From Antedon mediterranea (taxonomy: Eukaryota; Animalia; Echinodermata), in assembly GCF_964355755.1 (NCBI RefSeq), contig NC_092678.1, positions 6,588,422 to 6,652,421 of the forward strand: 64,000 bases of DNA, read 5' to 3'. This document shows, one piece after another, positions 11,863 through 27,102 of the stretch (position 1 is its first letter; each line of letters starts with the position of its first letter). Below the pieces are notes generated by a model that worked only from the letters and a program-made list of their open reading frames with translations, did no database searches and was not told the DNA's origin. A program made the position numbers and the translations under genes.

Positions 11863-14777
11863 CCACTATTACTGTTTGACCAATTTTAAGTACATTCAAA
11901 GATGTTGATGAACCATATTAGCTGTGTACTATCAAAACATTCTAACATTTTTGCTAGGGTCATTGGCAGTTTATATTGGCTGAGGAAGCATAGATAATGA
12001 TAAAAGAAATGTGTATTTTTACAATTATTATTTTCTTTGGAAGAGAACAATATGAAATCTAAGAAAAACAGATTTGTGGTGAGATTTGTTAAAGTTATTC
12101 ATCTGTCAGGAATGTATTAATGGAGTTTTTAAATAGTTTAACTTGATCCTTATTGAGTTTTTTCTAAAAGTACTTTGAGGAAATAATTATTATGTACATT
12201 TATTATACTTTTTCTACAGTGTTGCACACTGAAGGTGTGTTAAATAAACATAATTATAACTAATATTAACAATAGGTAAATTCTTATATAGTGCATAATA
12301 ACCAATCTCTCAATGTACATAAATTATATAGAGTATGCAGGAATTAGAAAAATGTGCGTTTTCAGAAATTCATTCACTGTTATATTATTTAGATACAATT
12401 ACCTTTTCTATAATATACAATTTGAATAAAATATTGTTTTAAAAAAAATGTAATATTCTGAATAAAATGTTTCAGAATATCAAAATATTTTATATAAATA
12501 ATATTTTTAATTGTTTTTTGTGAATTATCGGAAGACTGGTTGCAATTTTTCCGACATTCTACTCGTTTAAAAAATGTTTATAAAATAACATGACATGTAG
12601 TTTTTGTAGTAATGTGCGTAATGGCCCTGACTTATTTCCAAGTAAACTTAAACTCCCTAAGTATTGTACGCATCTCGTATTTAGTATGAGACTCATGTAC
12701 ACTAGTATAACAATACAATGTTTGGTAGTGCAGCAGTCAAGACTAGATTCTTGCCCTTAGGGAATACAGTTTCACTTTACTGCCGATAAATCACCACATA
12801 TTAACAAGAAGGCCATAAAATTGTTGTTTTGACTGAGACGTGAATTCCAAATTCTCCTGGTAGTTTCTGTGGATTTTAAAGGTAAACGTTGAGGCGTTGC
12901 TGTGAGGCAAACTAGCAGTCACGTGTATTCTTAATAGTCTTACGACCGACTTGATTTCTTTTTTCTTCTGGTATTGATGAGTTATTGAAATTCTAAACAC
13001 TATTATTTGGTTCTGTCTATGCAGCATGGTATCATTGTTATACGAATAATGAAATTAAAAGTCCAGTTAGATAACAAACAATACAAATGATTTCATAGCG
13101 CTATATGGTAGCATTGTTATAGATTTAACAATTATTTAATGTCCAGTTGACAGACAATGAATAATTGTACAATCATTAGATTCAGACTTCTCTTCTCAGT
13201 AATTGTCTGCTAGCTTTATTATAGAAAAATAAATCTGTCTGTAAATATTAATTCTATTCCTGCGGGATTTGACAGAATATTAAGGAAAATCCAACACATT
13301 CTTTGCTTAATTGTTTGGGGTATGTTTCACACTCAACCGGAGCAGATGGCACACAAAGACTCTACATCCCACCGGCCATTCTTCCTTGTCCATTGACGTC
13401 CCGAGTCGTTAAAGGAACACTTAAAAAATGCATTAAGTTCTTTTGATGAGTCTGTGGTATAATTATTATGGCATTGATTTCTTAAGGTAATGTTTTATAA
13501 TAGTTAATTGTGCATTTAAGCCGAGAGATCAACATGGCGCTGCGGTAATTCAATAATTAAGATCTGCCTTCAAAATGGAAATAATCACATTCAGAGCGCC
13601 GCGTAACAGTTAATTTAGAATTCTAATTTTAGCATTAGACTAATAAGACACAGTTAGATAGAATGGATACAAATTGATAACGCTAAAGCACCCAACTATT
13701 AATGATAATAAATGGTAAAGACATGGATATACTGTACTCTATGATATTAAATAAGTCATAGGACTATTTTATTTTATAAATGTCAAATTTAAGTTATTGA
13801 AATAATTTATTTATCCAAACATTGGATATTCAGTAAATTCTGTATGTTAAAAGTTAATATCGTTAAAATGAGTTTTGTTTTTGTTTGGCAAATGAAATAA
13901 TAAATGTATTGGAATTAATATTTAAATTCTGCCTTGTTATATTAGGTAGAATAAATTGAATCTTGTATTTATAGTTTCAGATAGATTTCTTTTTTGCATA
14001 TGTTTATATAAATTGATTCATGTAGATGTTCAACATTTATAACCCAACTCGATTTCATGTTATGTCCAAATATACAGTGTTAGATAATATTACACATAGT
14101 GATAGTATATCCAAACTATTAGGTGATAATCAATTTCTTGCATGCATGTTATAATGTAATTTTGTTGAGATTCATTATGAACATGAGAAGTCGATATTTT
14201 GGAATGTAAAAGATGAGTCGTATCAATTTGCTGTTCCAAGCAGGTAGCAGTGTTTCATGTTTGCCGACAGCTAGACTCCAGTCCAGTGGTTAGGTGTCTT
14301 TGGTATCTCCCAGGTAACATTATCTCTGTACACTCAGGTGTGGTCTTAGCCTAAGAGATATTTAACCTGGTTTGACTGTTAGACCTACATGGTGCTAAGT
14401 AGTGTTTGATTTTTGTGGGTTGTGATCTTTGTGATGTTCATCCTTTGCTAGGCTTAAATTTCAAACTATTGGGGTTCATACGTGACTAGGTGAGGAAAAA
14501 TCGCTTCAACCCCCACTGGCTGGTGTCACAATTGATGCTACCGCCACCCTTAGACATTACATAAAGGTATGTACTATATTGTTATTATTTATTTATTGAA
14601 GATGAAAAGGCCAAGAGCAAGCAGGTCGATTTAAACGACAAATAATAATTTACGAAAATTGGTCGTGGGAAAAAATTCTGTATTGGCATGTCACTGTCAT
14701 AATATCAAGGAAGGTCTTGTAGCCCTCGAAGAAAATTTACTGATCATAACTACTGTACCTACATTTTGGGTATTCAT

Positions 14778-15199
14778 CAAAGAACTTATAACACAAGAAT
14801 CTCCTGTTCGTCCGAAGCGCGTAACAATTTCGAAAGGCATTGTGGGATAGAATAGAGCTATGGGTGGCGCCATTGTGAGCCATGGAGTAGGGCGCCCGCA
14901 TCAAATTAGAAAGTCAAAATCATAGAGGGGATCTGCTAATACTCTAGGGGGATGGAGTAATTGACTGAGGAGTAGGGCGCCCGCATCAAATTAGAAAGTC
15001 AAAATCATAGAGGGGATCTGCTAATACGCTAGGGGAGGGGGAAGGGGGTAGAGTAATTGACTTCCTAGTTTGGAGGGGGCGCTGCTCCATGCTGTGAAAT
15101 GGCGTCGCCCAGTTTGACCTTTTAACCCTGTACTTCCGATACTGTGTTTTGAATGCAAATTGTTGAAGAACAGGAGATTCTTGTGTTATAAGTTCTTTG
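14778..15199. mobile_element. MITE with 32-bp perfect TIRs and 8-bp TSD (hAT or P superfamily)
   Basis: TIR CAAAGAACTTATAACACAAGAATCTCCTGTTC (14778-14809) with exact inverse at 15168-15199; GTATTCAT duplicated at 14770-14777 and 15200-15207. Confidence 0.92.
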
Positions 15200-18100
15200 G
15201 TATTCATGGATTTGAATTACAGCTTAACTATCAGCATTTTAAATATATTGTCGGAAGTTCGGCAACATTATTTACGATATCACCTTAAACACTTCGGTGT
15301 CAATCAAGGAAAAAAATCCATAAAAACAGCAGCTGATATAAACTACAAAATAGAAAAAATAAGTTTTCTAATTTATGCATAGAAAGTGTAACTTATATCA
15401 ATATCTTTATTGTTACCTTTGTTGATGTTTGACAATGGTCGGTAAGAAAGAAAAAAATGTGTTTATAAGAATGTGAGAGAAAAACAGTAGGAGTAAATTA
15501 CTAATGGAGAAGGTCATCTCATCTTCAAATTTCCCCAGATAGGCTGTTAATACGTTTTAAATCCAATCAGTAAATGCTCAACTTCTTGATATGTTCATTC
15601 TGACTCAATTACCTATTTTAAATGGCAACAAAACGAGTCATTACGCTTTTTCAACATGGTGTTGATTGCGAATCAAGGCAATTTCAGAATGCCGATACGC
15701 AGGTCAAGAAACTCGGCTTAGATCTTGAGGTAATCAATAGACGTTATTCTCGCAAGAGTTACGCTGATTTCCTTCTATTGACCCGAGGACATTCAAATAT
15801 GTTTAGAGAATATCGGTGTAACGCCTTAGTTAACGAGTAATCTGTTGATGTATGCTGTCTGTCGGTAAATGCTTGATCGTTAAACATTAGTTCTACGGTA
15901 CTTGTATTGGTAGCAACTCAAAATAAGGTGTTTTACCAGCAAATAAAAATCAGTCATAAAACTGTTAATTTGATTGTGGATATTATTCATAACAAAATTA
16001 ATTGGCATTCAGTGTCTCCAGAATAGGGTTTGGCGATAGTGTGGAAACATATATTTTTTCTTGTTCGTTTCTCAGGAAAGTATCCCCTTAATAGTGGTTT
16101 TCCAAAGGAGGTGTGCAATCTCGAGTAAAATTCTTTCTTCGCTAGCCTACCTCTATTCTTTTCTAGTAAAAAATCCTATGTGAAATATTGCACCTGTACA
16201 AACTAAACAACCACCATAAAATTTGCTCCTAGAAGATATTTAATAAACGGGTACTTTTTATTAGTTATAGTAATGAGCTATTAAACTTTAGGATGGGTGG
16301 TTAAGACTTTGGAAGTGTGTGTCAGCAAAATTATACCCATGAAATGGCTATACATTAGACCTACATACAGACAAATCCGATATTGAGAAATTCAGTATGT
16401 AGGACTACTCCGTATACACATTGTTTGCTTCATTCATTACCATATCGCATTCTTCATATCACAAGTGTCAGCAATTGCGCATTTAGTGTGAGAGTTTATT
16501 ACGAAAGCATTGTAACAGGCATAATGTGAAAATGCTCGTTAAATTTTATGCTGATATTCATATAGTTAGTGCATTAGTTTCTGACATTTATAATGGCAAT
16601 TTTTTGCCCAGTTCCTGACAGTTTTCTTGAAATTACTGTTATTTGACATTTTAGGTGCATTTTTTACTGAAACTTTTTTATTTGTTGGTTACTCAAATCT
16701 GTTTATTTGTGAGAAAAAAAAATAAAGCATGCATTTGACTAACTAAAAACTGTTCTTTACCATGTAAATAACATTAGCTATATACTATAATGCACAGTAC
16801 TAAAAAATGTGTGTGACCAAAAGGCTTTCAACATGCAATGGATTGAGTTTCTTGTTTATATTTATTTCTTTTTGATTCCTTTGTGACTTGGCAGTATATA
16901 TACTGACGCATTAATTAAGAAGAATGCGTAAATTAATTTGAGATATCTAGAACATAATTCATTCTTTAGTCTAAATGTCATTTTGGATAGAATAGAATCT
17001 ATTTATCTGTATAAAAACGGTAGATTCTATAGGGAGTCTATTAGCCCAACTAGAGTGGCTAGCAACAAACTGTCAGGACAATGAATGCATTTGGCTATGA
17101 TTATTTCATTAGTGCTAATGACGTTATTAATTTTCAAGTAGTCGCCATCAATTATGTTATAGGTGATTGATTCTTAAATATTACAACACTGGCATTTGTT
17201 GTCCATAATGCTCATCCACATTAGGATTTTTACGATGCTGTTTACATGTATGACGACATCTTAATTATGTTTCATCATATCAGTCTGCGATACCATGAGC
17301 TAACACTCTATAGTGCGTTTCCAAAATTTCAAAAAGACAATCTAACAGAAACGTTGTTAATACAGTGTTTACAGCTGTTGTCAAGGAAACTTTGGTAACT
17401 ATGGTAATATTGTTAGTCATATTTTTTTTAATCATCGAGACATTTAAAATTAATGATTTTCTGCATATTATAATAAAAATACTTTTATTACTCATAAGAT
17501 ATTTTTGTAAGCAATTTTTTAACGTAAGGTATTTTGAATTATTGAAACTGTCATTTAAATATAAAGAGGCTTATTTTTTTAGAATACATTGTGTATGTCC
17601 TTTTAAAAATGAAAACTTATTCAATGTCATTATGTTGCCATTTCCATAAGAAAGAACAAAATTATATAGAAATATATTATTTTAATTCAGAGTAATAATT
17701 TTATGTCGAAAATCCTATTTTATTTTTATTTTTTTCAAAATCAAATATCGATTTTAATAAAATATTAAACCCGGAGGTACCCTTTAACTTGTATAGCATA
17801 ACGCCAGCTCTAATCAAAATTAATTTATCCTATTGTAGCTGATATCAGTAATTTATGCAGAAAATCTTGGATTTAATTAGACAGATTTAAGTCTAATTGC
17901 CTGTGGATATACTTAATGATTTTTTAACGAGACACATCAAGTTACTCAAAAAATAAAGATTAGTTAAAATATAAACTGCAGACAATTATTTGCACATATC
18001 TAGTTGAGAAAATATTTGATATACTGTTTACTGGATAGAGTTTATGTTTGAAAAATTAAAGGAGAAATTCTTCGAAGAAACAAAGAGATGGACAAATAGA

Positions 18101-19129
18101 AAAAGAGAATTAGGAAAAATATATGGACAGCAGAAGGAGAAAAGGACAAGGAGTTCTTGATGGATTATGTGGATGACGGTGGAGTAGATGATCTGACAAT
18201 ATGTAACCAGATATTAGTAAGAGGATGGAAAGAATGTCAGAAAAGTATACAGAATGGTTGATCTTAAAGAGTATGTGGCCAGGGTAGAGTGGAGAGATGC
18301 AAGTCAGAGGTGGAGAGAATCAGAGAAAGTAGCAGAATGTTTGATATGAGATTATGTGACCAGAATAGAGTGGAGAGATATAAATAAGAGGAAGAGAGAA
18401 AATCAGAATAGTATTAGGATGGTTTATATGAGTGTATGTGACCAGATTAGAGTTGAGAGATAGACAGGTGAAATGTGGATAGAAAAGATCACGGAACACA
18501 AGTAGAAAAAGCAATGAGAGAAACAAATAATTTTCTTCAGTTTTGCTCTTTTCCTAAATACTCTGTATAATTTGTGTAAAACAGAAGAGGTTCATTGCAC
18601 TATTGACCTCGACAGTTCAATATTTCCCAGTGCGTAATTGGTTGCCATAATGGTAGGAAGGTGCGAAACTATTTTTGTTGGTCTGTTGGGATGAAAGAAA
18701 AAGGAAGCGTTTGCTTTTAGAATTCCCTTAATTGAAACATGTATCGGAAATATTTATGTCAAGTGGATTACCTATGCAGTGTAAATGGTTGATGTTAATG
18801 TATTATTAACCAGTGGATTGAGAGTGGCGACTATAAGGTGTCTTATATGCTATCATAGATTAAATTATGAATTGGGAAAATTTTATTTTTCCTCTCCACC
18901 TCTTTGTATCAGAATAATTCACTTTTTCCTCAATATTTGTAATTGTCGTTTTGCAAAGTTACATGTCATAATATATCATTTAAAACAAATCATGTTTTTT
19001 CCTCTTCTGTATCTTCTCTCTGTGTGTACAATTGGTCCAACATTTCAGATCCATTGAAGAGTTTTAAAATAGCAAATATGATTAAAATATGTAATGAATT
19101 TTCATTTTATGTTACTTTATGTTTTGCAG

Positions 19130-19192
19130 GTTGATTCCAATGGTGTAGCAGCTAAAGAAGGAAGCATAAGAATTGGTGATCAAATTTTACAG
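19130..19192 (+). CDS. PDZRN4: PDZRN3/4-like, PDZ2 exon 2
   Basis: ttgcag|GTT and CAG|gtaaat; VDSNGVAAKEGSIRIGDQILQ has the AAxxGxIxxGDxI PDZ core; 63 nt. Confidence 0.95.
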
Positions 19193-20134
19193 GTAAATCT
19201 GACAAAGAGTCTTGCTAAATACTATGTTGCTAATTCTATTATTGATAAAACTATGGGAGATGGTATATTTTGTAAGTTGTGGCCACTGTTCTACATCTTG
19301 ACCATTAATCGGACTAACTGAAAATCAGCCAAGCTCTGTTGTCAATGTCATTACGATAACATGCCAAGCTCGGTTGTTGATGTCATATGATAATATGCCA
19401 TTTTGAGTTGGAACCTAAAAGTCTTCCAGAGTTTTCATTGCTGTTGTTCATCTACTCTACTATCGATTAAGCCACCATCAATATAATTTTGCTGCTTATT
19501 CATATCAGGCTTTATTCATACTCCTGCTTCCATGCAGACACTTTTCTCATCATATCACAGTTTCTTTTACTTGATGATAAACTTTCTTTATTAATTACTT
19601 TTGCACATGTTTGAAAACATAAATTATATTTATGTGAAATATTAATGTCACAGTTTCTTATTGTCAAAGATCATAAAATATTTATAGTTTAACGACAATT
19701 AAAACATGCGCGTGTATTATGTTATTACAATCTAGATGTTCATTTTTATTTTATTATTCCCTGGCTATCGCAGTTACATGTTAAGCCAGCAACATGGATT
19801 AAATCTTGCATGAACCCGGACGAGGTCTTAAAAATCCATCAGCACGATCAATATTTAGTTGAAATTTTTTATTGCAGTTGTGAGATTAACTGTCTAAGAT
19901 GAGTTCCGTTTGTCAGTCATGCTTTCAAATTATTGATGAGATGTTCTTTTTTTCGTTACTTTATTGATTTGTAATTTAAACACAGTTGCCATTCTAATGT
20001 CAATGTCAAAATTGTGGATAAGTAACTTCTAGAAGAAATCTTTCAGAAAGTTTTTTAATAATAAAAATTATGTAATAAGATTCCACATTTTATATTTTTT
20101 AAGAAAAATAATTTTCCTTTTTAGTCAGTTAAAA

Positions 20135-20340
20135 AGTGTTCTTCCTCTTCCCTCGTGTCATTACATCCTCTTCCTCCTCTCCCATCTCTCTTACCTCTTA
20201 CTCCTTTCCCATCCCTCTTACTCCTCTTCCATTCCTCTTTTTCCTCTCCATCTTCTTCCTCTCCTATCTCTCTTACTCCCCTCCCATCAATCTTCCTTCT
20301 CTCAAATCCCTCTCTGTTTTTCTTCTTCCTTCCTCTTTTG
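20135..20340. repeat. Polypyrimidine low-complexity tract
   Basis: About 200 bp of almost exclusively C/T on the + strand. Confidence 0.85.
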
Positions 20341-22089
20341 ATAAATAAATTCCTTATTCTTTTAATAAATAAATATATTAAAATGTACAATCAAATACTG
20401 TCTTAACATTATATTCTGCGAACTGCAAACATGGATTTATTACAAATAAAACAAATCACTTTCAGTTTGATAAACATCTCAAAATTTTATTTTCTTTTGA
20501 AAAGATTAAAGTTATGAATAATTTGAAGGCTATTACATTTTTTTTATTTATGTTCAATTTTTTCAAAACATAATACGTGACAGCAGAGACAAGTTTCATC
20601 AAGTGACAGTGACAGTTTCTTGGAAGGTGTCAAATACTAGAAAATGTTTTGATTTGATATTTTCTCTTATTTAATTACAAGATGTATGTCAGAAATATTA
20701 CATTTCTCTTCTGATTCTTGTTTTTAATATTATAGAATAACATAAAAGTCAGCAAAGCAAATCTAACCTTTCAAATACCACAAATGGCTCCTAAAATCTA
20801 GATACAATAATAAAAATAAAAAAACAATTCTTTATAACATGACCTAGGCCGACTTATAAACCAGTATCCATGATTTTGTTCTTAAATATTGTAGAGAAAT
20901 CATCTGTTTTTCAAGTGTTCATTGATTTTGATATTATTCAAGCAATTTAAACAGTAGACATGGAGACCTTTGACAGCTAAATAATGTCCATTTTCTTGGT
21001 GTCCCCTAAATAGAGATTGGTCATATAATAGTGTTGCAACATAATATTTTGTTTTACAGCAAAGTTTCCTCTTGATTGGGATGTCCACTGAATAGGTTTT
21101 CTTAAATCTGTGTCTTTTAAAAACACTTTGTTTAATAATATCATTTTATACAATCTCTGACTTTGCTAATTAATAATACATATACGCATAAACTCCTTTT
21201 GTCTACCGATCTCTGAAAGTGCGCATAACAAGTTTGTACGGTACATATCGCGTTGTCGTTATTCTTCTGTTAATTCACAAACTCAATTACAACGCTTTTC
21301 ACATGAGCCTGCAAAACAATGGCAGGTCAGGTGACATAGATCATAAGTACTAAAAATTAAGAAATCGTAGACAGTTTTACATTATGGCGTAACCTGATAT
21401 GTTGACATTGTTTGTTGACAATTGCGTATTGTGCCACGGGGAGGTGAGATCTACGACGGAAATTAGAAACCGTTTGTCTTTGTGTTTTTCGCTTTGTTTA
21501 AACGTATACTTGATTAAGCTCCTTCTGTCCTCATATTTCTTTAACAATATCTATGATTTTTTTATTGCCCCATTGTGAATGTTGTTCGCTCGCTTGCTTG
21601 TTTTTTTTTTCCTACGGGTATGTCATATTCACTTAGCAGTAATTTTGTTAATGCTGTAAATGATTTAAAGTGGATACTTAAAAAAATTGTATGTGTAATG
21701 AATTTAATATATATAAATCAAATGGCAAAATATCTGTAAAAAGTATGTTTGTAACAATGGGCAGACTACAAATTACATGACCATACCCTATTTAGATAAC
21801 ACCCCAAAATGTCTCTTTACTGTTGGAATAATTTTTTGTAACTACAAAAACATCATCTAAGGTATTACATTGGCTCTAAGCTGTTCAAATTAAAGCATGT
21901 ACAATACCTGTTTAATGGAAATGTTACACAATGAATTGTATTGTTAAGAGTAAAGCATCTTTAATCATCGTTAACTCTCTACAGTATAATTAAACCATCC
22001 TGAAAGTACCAAGGAAAATTAAACATCCTTTGATAGGCAGATGTTGATTGGTTTTCACAGTTGTTTGTCAATCTCTTTTATTCTTACAG

Positions 22090-22188
22090 ATAAATGGAGA
22101 AGATGTATTAAATAAAGATCAGGCCTTGTCATTATTTGCTAAGCCAGCTGAGGAGTTAACGCTGTTAGTGTGCAGGCCACAATTACAG
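22090..22188 (+). CDS. PDZRN4: PDZRN3/4-like, PDZ2 exon 3
   Basis: ttacag|ATA and CAG|gtatgt; INGEDVLNKDQALSLFAKPAEELTLLVCRPQLQ completes PDZ2; 99 nt. Confidence 0.95.
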
Positions 22189-22287
22189 GTATGTCTAAAA
22201 ATCATTGCGTTCTTTTATCAAAAAAATCAAATATTATCTTGTGTGTTTAATGAGAGATTCCAAAAAATCCAAAGTAAAAAACGATAA

Positions 22288-22588
22288 ATAAAACAGCCAG
22301 AAAAAAATTGCAGAGCTTTCAGATAACACTAATCTTTCCTCAGTGCAAATTAAGAAATATTTATATAAATTCAATGAAAATATTTTATGATCTGATGACA
22401 AAATTTAATAAATTTCAATTTTCACAAGCTAAATCTAAATGATGAAGTAAAACAACCAGAAAGAGGTTGCAGAGCTTTCAGATAACACTAATCCTTCCTC
22501 AGTCAGTGAAAATGAAAAAATATTTACATAAATTCAATTGAAAGATTTTATGGTCCGATGACAAAATTTAATCAATTTCAATTTTCAC
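22288..22588. repeat. ~160-bp tandem duplication
   Basis: TTGCAGAGCTTTCAGATAACACTAAT...TGACAAAATTTAAT...TTTCAATTTTCAC present twice. Confidence 0.8.
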
Positions 22589-23004
22589 GTACATTTCAAA
22601 CAAAGAATGTATGGTTTGGGTTTATCATCCTCCCGACACGTTTGGTGTGCAATCACGCGCTAATCTACCTGTCTCATCATCGGATTAATCACTTTCTTCT
22701 CATGGACAAAGCATTCTTGACCGTTCACAATCAGTCACTTATCTATTTTTAGATGATTTGGGAATTGTTCGTAACTTTACGAATAAGTTAATGATGAAAG
22801 ACGTTAATTTATTGATAGAAAATTTAATAATGTATTAAGGTATTTGCCAATGCATTATTCCATGTTAATTTTTCTCGTTCTGTTCAGTTGTTTTTGTAAT
22901 TTAAAGTTGCACATTGTGATGAACTGTCACGGAACAACCGAACTGTCACAAGTTGGCTATGTTTTGTCGTTGATTTAATAGCCCAAATTTATATTACAAA
23001 AGAC

Positions 23005-23336
23005 CATGTGTCATTTAACTAGCCCTGTATTTTACTAGGCCATTTTACTTGCCTATGTGTCATTTTACTAGCTCACACATCATTTTACCTGCCTATGTGT
23101 CATTTTACTAGTCCATATGTCATTTTATTTGCCCACTATGTCATTTTACTTGCCCACATGTCATACTACTAGCCCACTATGTCATTTTACTTGCCCACAT
23201 GTCATACTACTAGCCCACTATGTCATTTTACTTGCCCACATGTCATTTTACTTGTCTATGTGTCATTATACTTTCTCACATGTCATTTTACTTGCCTATG
23301 TGTCATTATACTTTCTCACATGTCATTTTACTAGCC
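23005..23336. repeat. ~20-bp minisatellite (TGTCATTTTACTTGCCCACA)n
   Basis: More than a dozen degenerate copies with a GTCATTTTAC core. Confidence 0.9.
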
Positions 23337-24346
23337 TTCGCAATACTAAATTAATGTTTCCAGGCTTCCCTAACAACACAAAGATAATTTGACTAGTCTA
23401 CAGTGGTTGTCACTTGTCTACAGTGGTTTTCACTAGTCATGGGCTAATCCTAGGCTAGTAAAAAAACAGAGCACTGCTATTTTTAGGTACCTCTATAATC
23501 GCATATATAAGTCAATTAGAAGTTAAAAAGTAGCATTAACTGCCAACAATGATGTCACTTCTGTACACTATTTTCATTAGTTCATTATAATTAATAATGA
23601 CAAACAAACTATACTAATTGCTGATTAAACTGAGTTGCTTGTTGTCATAATGCGTATGTTACCATGGTGATGTATATGCTGTCACTAATGGCGACACATG
23701 GATTATATAGACCATGGTTTTGTGATAATAATAGATTCTGTGGATTATCATGTATACGCAATTAAATAAACAACGTTATTAAAAAATAAACAATTTTGTG
23801 TACAAAATAAACATCAATAGATAAATTTCAAATTTTTAAACACTCATTTAAATCAATCAGAGCATATAAACCAACCAAATTTATTTTTCTGAAAATAAAT
23901 TTTTGAAAAAAAATGTTAAATATACGATTATGTCTATTTTAAAAAGAGAAATAATGTTAAGTTTTTCACAACAAAGAGTTAAGGATAGCTTTGTATCAAA
24001 ATATCACTTTAACTCTATGAATCAATCACAAACTCTTCCCTTCTTTTGTTCATTTTTACTCTTTTATGAGATCATTTCCCAAATAAAAAAAAACTGTATT
24101 GTACATAATTTAGCCATAACAGGGAAAATAAGGAGAATAAGAGAAATAATGGCTGATGTGTTGTATACAATACAAGTAGCAGGTGATGATGTTGCTTACC
24201 AACAACAATTATAAGAACTCAATTCCTAAAAATTTCCACTTAAAAAGATGTTATTTTTTGTGATAAATATAATATGAGATCAAAGAGGTTGGTGTTAAAA
24301 GAGCATGGTGTTTTACTGTTGTTGAAATTTACATAAACTACTAAAA

Positions 24347-24614
24347 AAAGATGTATTGTCCCCCTGAAAAAAACATTTTTTGTTGTTGAATATACCATTT
24401 TAATGTCACATAAATATTTATACGCTTTGACCAAAAATTGGATTGAAAAAAAATTTGAAGCAAAAAAATAGTCAAAATGGCTGTCAGCAAATTGGTTTTT
24501 GGTTGAATTTTCTAAGCGGAAACATTTTTTTTTGCTTTTCTACGGAAGTGGTTATTAATTGATTAAAACTACAAAATTAAATTTTCATTTTTTTGGGGGA
24601 CAATACATCTTTAA
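24347..24614. mobile_element. Short TIR element, possibly TTAA-targeting (Kolobok/piggyBac-like)
   Basis: Perfect 18-bp IR AAAGATGTATTGTCCCCC / GGGGGACAATACATCTTT; right end falls in TTAA, left flank reads AAAA. Confidence 0.6.
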
Positions 24615-25062
24615 ATAATTAAGAAAATGAAACATGTTTAATTGATTAAAGAATATGATTATTATTTTAAATTCACCCTTGGAGGTTCCGCTGATAACCA
24701 AATATACAATTTCTTATGAATATGTATGAGACTGGAAATGGCCATTATCTTTGATCATACCGCATCGTACTATTGAGGACGTTTTCGTTGCCATGACAAA
24801 CAAAGCTAGCCTTGGATATCATCATGATACCATTAGTGGTAGTAATATTTGTTGAAGAGATAAAAAAAGACTAACCAGTTTGACCTTACATATACAGTCA
24901 TTTTGTCGTTTATCTTTAATATTATTATAATGTAATTGAAATTACACAGGATATTGCATCTTACATTGTTGTAATCTCATATGCATTTAATCAACAAAAC
25001 TTCAAAATTATTAATCTGTTTTTTTGAATTAAAAAATTTGTAATAAAGGTGGATCTGCACAA

Positions 25063-25387
25063 TTGCCTTTGGAGAACATATTTTCGGATCGTCTTCTGAA
25101 AAAGGCAGTGGCTATCAAAGATGATCAATTTTATCCGGCCTCTAGTATGTTCCAGTTGATGCGCAGCGGTCGGCGATTTCGTTCTATTAAGGCCAATAAG
25201 GCATGATTTACAAATAGTTTCTTTCCAGGATCTATTAGAGCCTTAAACATGATGTAGACACTTTTTTGTAATGTTTTTGTTTTTGAGTTCGTGTTGTGTC
25301 CGTTGGATATTGTGCTCCGCCAACAGAGCAAACAAAATTTCTATGTTTTTTCTTAAAACAAATGATAATTGACTTGACTTGACTTGA
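25063..25387 (+). mobile_element. 5'-truncated Rex1/Babar-like LINE 3' end
   Basis: Translates LPLENIFSDRLLKKAVAIKDDQFYPASSMFQLMRSGRRFRSIKANKA*FTNSFFPGSIRALN, matching the SGRR-RS...NSFFP--IR-LN C-terminus of Rex1/Babar ORFs; ends in a (GACTT)n tail. Confidence 0.8.
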
Positions 25388-27102
25388 TACATAATTTATT
25401 TGCCAACAATGTCGGCGACTTAAAAGCAAACAAACTCTGAAATTGTAGAGGGTACATTTTTCTAATCAAACATGGATGCAAATATCAATCTGTATAATTA
25501 TACTTACAGGTGCAATACAATATTTATAATAAACAGAAAGTTCCATAAAATTCACAAAACAAAATGTTGTCTACACATGCTCGAACCTACAACCTCTTCC
25601 TAAGAAGGAAGACCACAGATGTTAGTTGTATATCAAATCAACAACAGATTAAACACTACAGTATATTCGAATATACTACCCATAAAAACCCCAGAAGGTA
25701 TATTTTTTTAAATCCCATTGAACGCCCCAACATTATATTTCATTTACAATGATATATGCTTACATTTTCTGACATCTCCGGCTTTAGTTACAGTTTGACG
25801 TTTTTCTCATTTCAATTTTGCTGTAATTGCGGATATAAATTCAACATGAATCTTCGCAGGAGATTATTTCAGCCCTAGATTTCACTTTTATGTTGTCGTT
25901 AATTTCTGTGAAACTCAATTTTAAAGTTGTTTTGCTGTTAAGATGTACAGGCTACTTTATATCAAGTATTTAACAGACTTTTAGTGTAAAAAGAAAATGG
26001 AAAATTATTAGACTGGACATTCAAGATAGAAAAGTATTGTTTATAGTCATAAAAGACTACTTTTCAGTGTAAAATAAAATAGACTGAAAAGTATTAGACT
26101 GAACATTCAAATTAGAAAAAGTATTATTTATAGTCTTGAAATCTCGGGGATTACAATCAAAATTAAAAATGTAAAATTCTCTGCTTTTGCTCAATCAAGT
26201 ACAGTTAACATTCCTTCACATTTTCAATGCATTTTGGTTACGACAACATTGTTGGTTTTAACTACAGTATTTGCTGCTTTAGTTTAAATTAAGATAGGCA
26301 GATGTTATTACTAGGTTTATTGTTTACTTTTAAACTTGATAAATTGTTGCCATAAAATATTGCAGCATATTGTAATCATTGCTAGGCTTGCTGTCTGCTT
26401 TTAATCCGTTAGAGGAGATCTCTGTTCAGCAGCTACAGGGGTCTACGCTTAATATGTTGTGAGAGAAATCTAACGCTTAGGGTGCTTTTTACGTCAGTTA
26501 GTATAACTAGATATTGGATTAAACTCAAAGGCAAATTCCAAACAATTAAAAAAACTCAACGTGACATCGCATCAATTAGGCAGCTTTAATGAGGTATTGT
26601 AGGCCTATGGAGATGAAATTATTCAGGCCTAGGCTTGGTGAGGCTAGATTTAATGCTTGTAGTAATTCTGCTTTGACTTCAGCTGTGAGAAGTCGTGCTA
26701 AAGATCAACATGGTCTTTGATAGTGTGAAGTGTGGACTTTGTTCTGTTATCCCAGAGAGGTTTTCACACTGTGCATTTACGCATTATATCCATAAACACA
26801 CATCCACCCCATTAAGAAATTAACTAACAACAGTTGCTTCATGTAATAGTGTGCAAGCAAAAATTTAGTACCTGTGAATAAATAAATAAAATAAATTAAC
26901 AATATTTTTGTTGAAATACTTAAATATATCCTAACCGAATTAAAAAGAATAAAAGCAAAATTAACAGCCGCTTATATATCAGAGGATGTGTTAATATTAA
27001 AACCCTGTGGTAATCCTGCTGACCGTGTCCACTACCACATCAATTTAGAGGGATTGTGCAAGTGGTCAGTTTGATTTGAAGGTGGGAACTTTAGCACTGC
27101 AT

